From NCBI GenBank assembly GCA_021813275.1, contig JAKALD010000003.1, positions 1 through 39,154 on the forward strand: a stretch of DNA of 39,154 nucleotides, written 5' to 3'. Source of the stretch: Pseudomonadota bacterium (GTDB taxonomy: Bacteria > Pseudomonadota > Gammaproteobacteria > Burkholderiales > SG8-39). The notes beneath the pieces were generated by a model, which was not told the DNA's origin, did not search any database, and worked only from the letters and a program-made list of their open reading frames with translations. The stretch's first letter is position 1. The number at the start of each line of letters is the position of its first letter. Shown here in pieces: positions 37,183 to 39,154 of the stretch. The position numbers and the translations under genes were made by a program.

Positions 37183-37598
37183 AAAGCATCCTGGTGAGCG
37201 TGGAGGACGGCGGCCACCCTGGCCTCCACTACGTCGTCGACCTCGCGCGGCGCGAGCCGCTGCGCGTGCACCTGCTCAGCGTGCGCGCGCCGCTGCCGCA
37301 GTACGTCGGCCGCTTCTTCTCGGCCGATGCGATCCGCAGGCTGCACCGCGAGGACGGCGAGCGGGCGCTCGCCCCGGCCCGCCGCGTTCTCGACCAGGCC
37401 GGGGTCGAGCACCGCGACCACGTGCGGGTGGGCTACAAGGCCGAAACGATCGTGCGCGCCGCCCGCGAGCTGGGCTGCGAGCGGATTGTCCTGGCGGGCC
37501 AAGGGCCGGCGCTGCTTTCGAGAATGCGCCTCGGTACGGTCGCGGGCCAGGTTCGCCATCTGCTCGCGAGCGCGCACCTCGGCTGCGAGGTCGTGTAG
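37179..37598 (+). CDS. Universal stress protein family
   Basis: GTG overlapping the TerC stop; KSILVSVE, VHLLSV, VRVGYKAETIVRAARELGCERIVL, LGTVAGQV. Confidence 0.82.
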   Translation: MKSILVSVEDGGHPGLHYVVDLARREPLRVHLLSVRAPLPQYVGRFFSADAIRRLHREDGERALAPARRVLDQAGVEHRDHVRVGYKAETIVRAARELGCERIVLAGQGPALLSRMRLGTVAGQVRHLLASAHLGCEVV

Positions 37599-37710
37599 CC
37601 CGCGCTGCGCCGCCGCGCGACCGCGCCGCGGCGATTGACGGTACCATTACGCCCGGAACCCAAGATAGGCGCCCGGCGCCCGCGCACGGCCGGGGCGAGG
37701 CGCCCGGGCC

Positions 37711-38766
37711 GTGGACAACGCGAACAACGCGATCTTCAGCATCGAGCAGGAGGAATTGCGCGGCGCGGCACGCACGGTCGCCGAGATCGAGTGGCTGCTG
37801 CTGATCCTGGTCCTGCTGTTCCTGGTCGTGTCGCACGTCACGCCGCTCGCGCGGCCCGCGATCCAGGCGGCGCTGCTCTTCTACGGCGCCTTCATCCTCG
37901 CGTTCCACTACGCCAACTTCTACCGCAGGGAGTCGCGCTGGAAGATCGCGATCGAGACCTGGGTGATGCTCGCGTTCATCACCTGGACCCTGTGGTTCAC
38001 CGGCGACCTGTCGAGCCCGCTGCTCAACCTTTACCTGCTGGTGGTGATCACCAGCGCCCTCAGCCTGGGCAAGGCGGCCACCCTCGTCGAGATGGGGTTC
38101 ATCGCCGCGTGCTACGTGCTGCTCGACTCGGCGCGCACGCCCCTGGCGTCGTGGTCCGTCAGGCACGGCCTGGGGCTGCTCGCCCAGCTCGCCCCGGTCA
38201 TCCTGGTGGCCTACGTCACGACCATGTTCTCGGCCGACATCCGCTACGGCCTGAACAAGGCCAAGCAGCTCTCGGAAACCGACGAGCTGACGGGCGTGCT
38301 CAACGTGCGCGGGCTTTCGGCGCTGTTCGACCGCGCGTTCTCGCAGGCCGCGCGCTACGCGCGCCCGCTCAGCCTGCTGATGATCGACTGCGACAACCTG
38401 AAGGCGGTGAACGACCGCTACGGCCACGATGCCGGCAACGAGCTGCTCAAGCAGCTCTCGCGCAGCATCGTGCGCGAGCTGCGCGCGACCGATATCGTCG
38501 CCCGCTACGGCGGCGACGAGTTCGTGGCGGTGCTGCCGGAAACCGACCGCGGCCGCGCGCAGGAGGTGGCGCAGAGGATCGTCGAGGTGATCGCGCGCGA
38601 GCGGCTGCAGTTCCGCGGCCAGACGATCGAGAGCGGCGTGAGCGTCGGGATCGCGAGCTATCCGGAGGACGGGCGCACCATCGACAACCTCATGCTGCGC
38701 GCCGACAGCGCGATGTACCGCGCCAAGCAGACCGGCAGGGGGCGCGTCGCCTCCGCGGCGAGCTGA
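37711..38766 (+). CDS. Membrane-bound diguanylate cyclase (GGDEF)
   Basis: Several N-terminal TM helices; TDELTG, NDRYGHDAG, RATD I-site five residues before an intact GGDEF, SVGIA, ADSAMYRAK. Confidence 0.94.
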   Translation: MDNANNAIFSIEQEELRGAARTVAEIEWLLLILVLLFLVVSHVTPLARPAIQAALLFYGAFILAFHYANFYRRESRWKIAIETWVMLAFITWTLWFTGDLSSPLLNLYLLVVITSALSLGKAATLVEMGFIAACYVLLDSARTPLASWSVRHGLGLLAQLAPVILVAYVTTMFSADIRYGLNKAKQLSETDELTGVLNVRGLSALFDRAFSQAARYARPLSLLMIDCDNLKAVNDRYGHDAGNELLKQLSRSIVRELRATDIVARYGGDEFVAVLPETDRGRAQEVAQRIVEVIARERLQFRGQTIESGVSVGIASYPEDGRTIDNLMLRADSAMYRAKQTGRGRVASAAS

Positions 38767-38775
38767 GGGCCGCGC

Positions 38776-39126
38776 TCAGTCGGGCGCGAGCGCGAACTCG
38801 CGCGCCGGCGAGGAGTAGCAGAGCACGATCTCCGCGGGATCGCTCCCGACGTTGCGGATCGCGTGCACCGCGCCGCGCGGCACCACCGAGCGCTCGCCCG
38901 CGGCGAGCGCGGCCTGCTCCGCGCCGAGCCGGCATTGCACCTTGCCGCGCACCACGTAGATCGATTCCTCGCAGTTGGCGTGCACGTGCGTATCGGTCGC
39001 CATGCCCGGCCGCAGCAGCATGCGGGCGAGCGACATCTCTCTGCTGTTGCCGACCTCGCCGCTCACGAGCCACTCGATCGAACCCCACTCGAACTCGTTG
39101 CGAATCGTCGCCTTCGATGCCTGCAT
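38776..39126 (-). CDS. Cupin domain protein
   Basis: HVHANCEESIYVVRG and VPRGAVHAIRNVG cupin motifs. Confidence 0.88.
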   Translation of the reverse strand: MQASKATIRNEFEWGSIEWLVSGEVGNSREMSLARMLLRPGMATDTHVHANCEESIYVVRGKVQCRLGAEQAALAAGERSVVPRGAVHAIRNVGSDPAEIVLCYSSPAREFALAPD

Positions 39127-39154
39127 GATCGCGTCCCTCGCTGCGTGGATGGCC

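Overview
High-GC (~70% by eye) betaproteobacterial chromosomal segment in three parts. (1) 1-6264 is a core block: gyrA (partial, minus), an amidohydrolase, ompA, ubiG, a HAD phosphatase, a zinc-binding oxidoreductase and tmRNA (ssrA, tag ANDERFALAA). (2) About 6265-19211 is an integrase-less defence-type island attached to the ssrA 3' end. Its core is a co-oriented operon of a UvrD helicase fused to a 4-Cys PD-(D/E)xK nuclease, a beta-class DNA methyltransferase, a 70-aa basic orphan, and a Type III-like restriction helicase-nuclease fused to an intact LexA-type S24 autopeptidase domain. The island also has an internally deleted hsdM relic, a structured leader plus radC, a RelE/HigB-HTH addiction module inserted into a HEPN-like gene of a decayed MNT-HEPN pair, and a Phd-VapC pair. 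(3) 19228-39154 holds ordinary or accessory genes: S41 protease, fumarase-superfamily lyase, EF-hand/BON protein, a Fur-box-preceded cupredoxin/outer-membrane/phosphoesterase operon, otsA, DAHP synthase, an Mla/Pqi-type ABC operon, a two-component system, TerC, USP, GGDEF and cupin. The best candidate for an undescribed system is the four-gene helicase-nuclease/MTase/small protein/Res-S24 operon. All family assignments come from motif recognition by eye; no searches were run.
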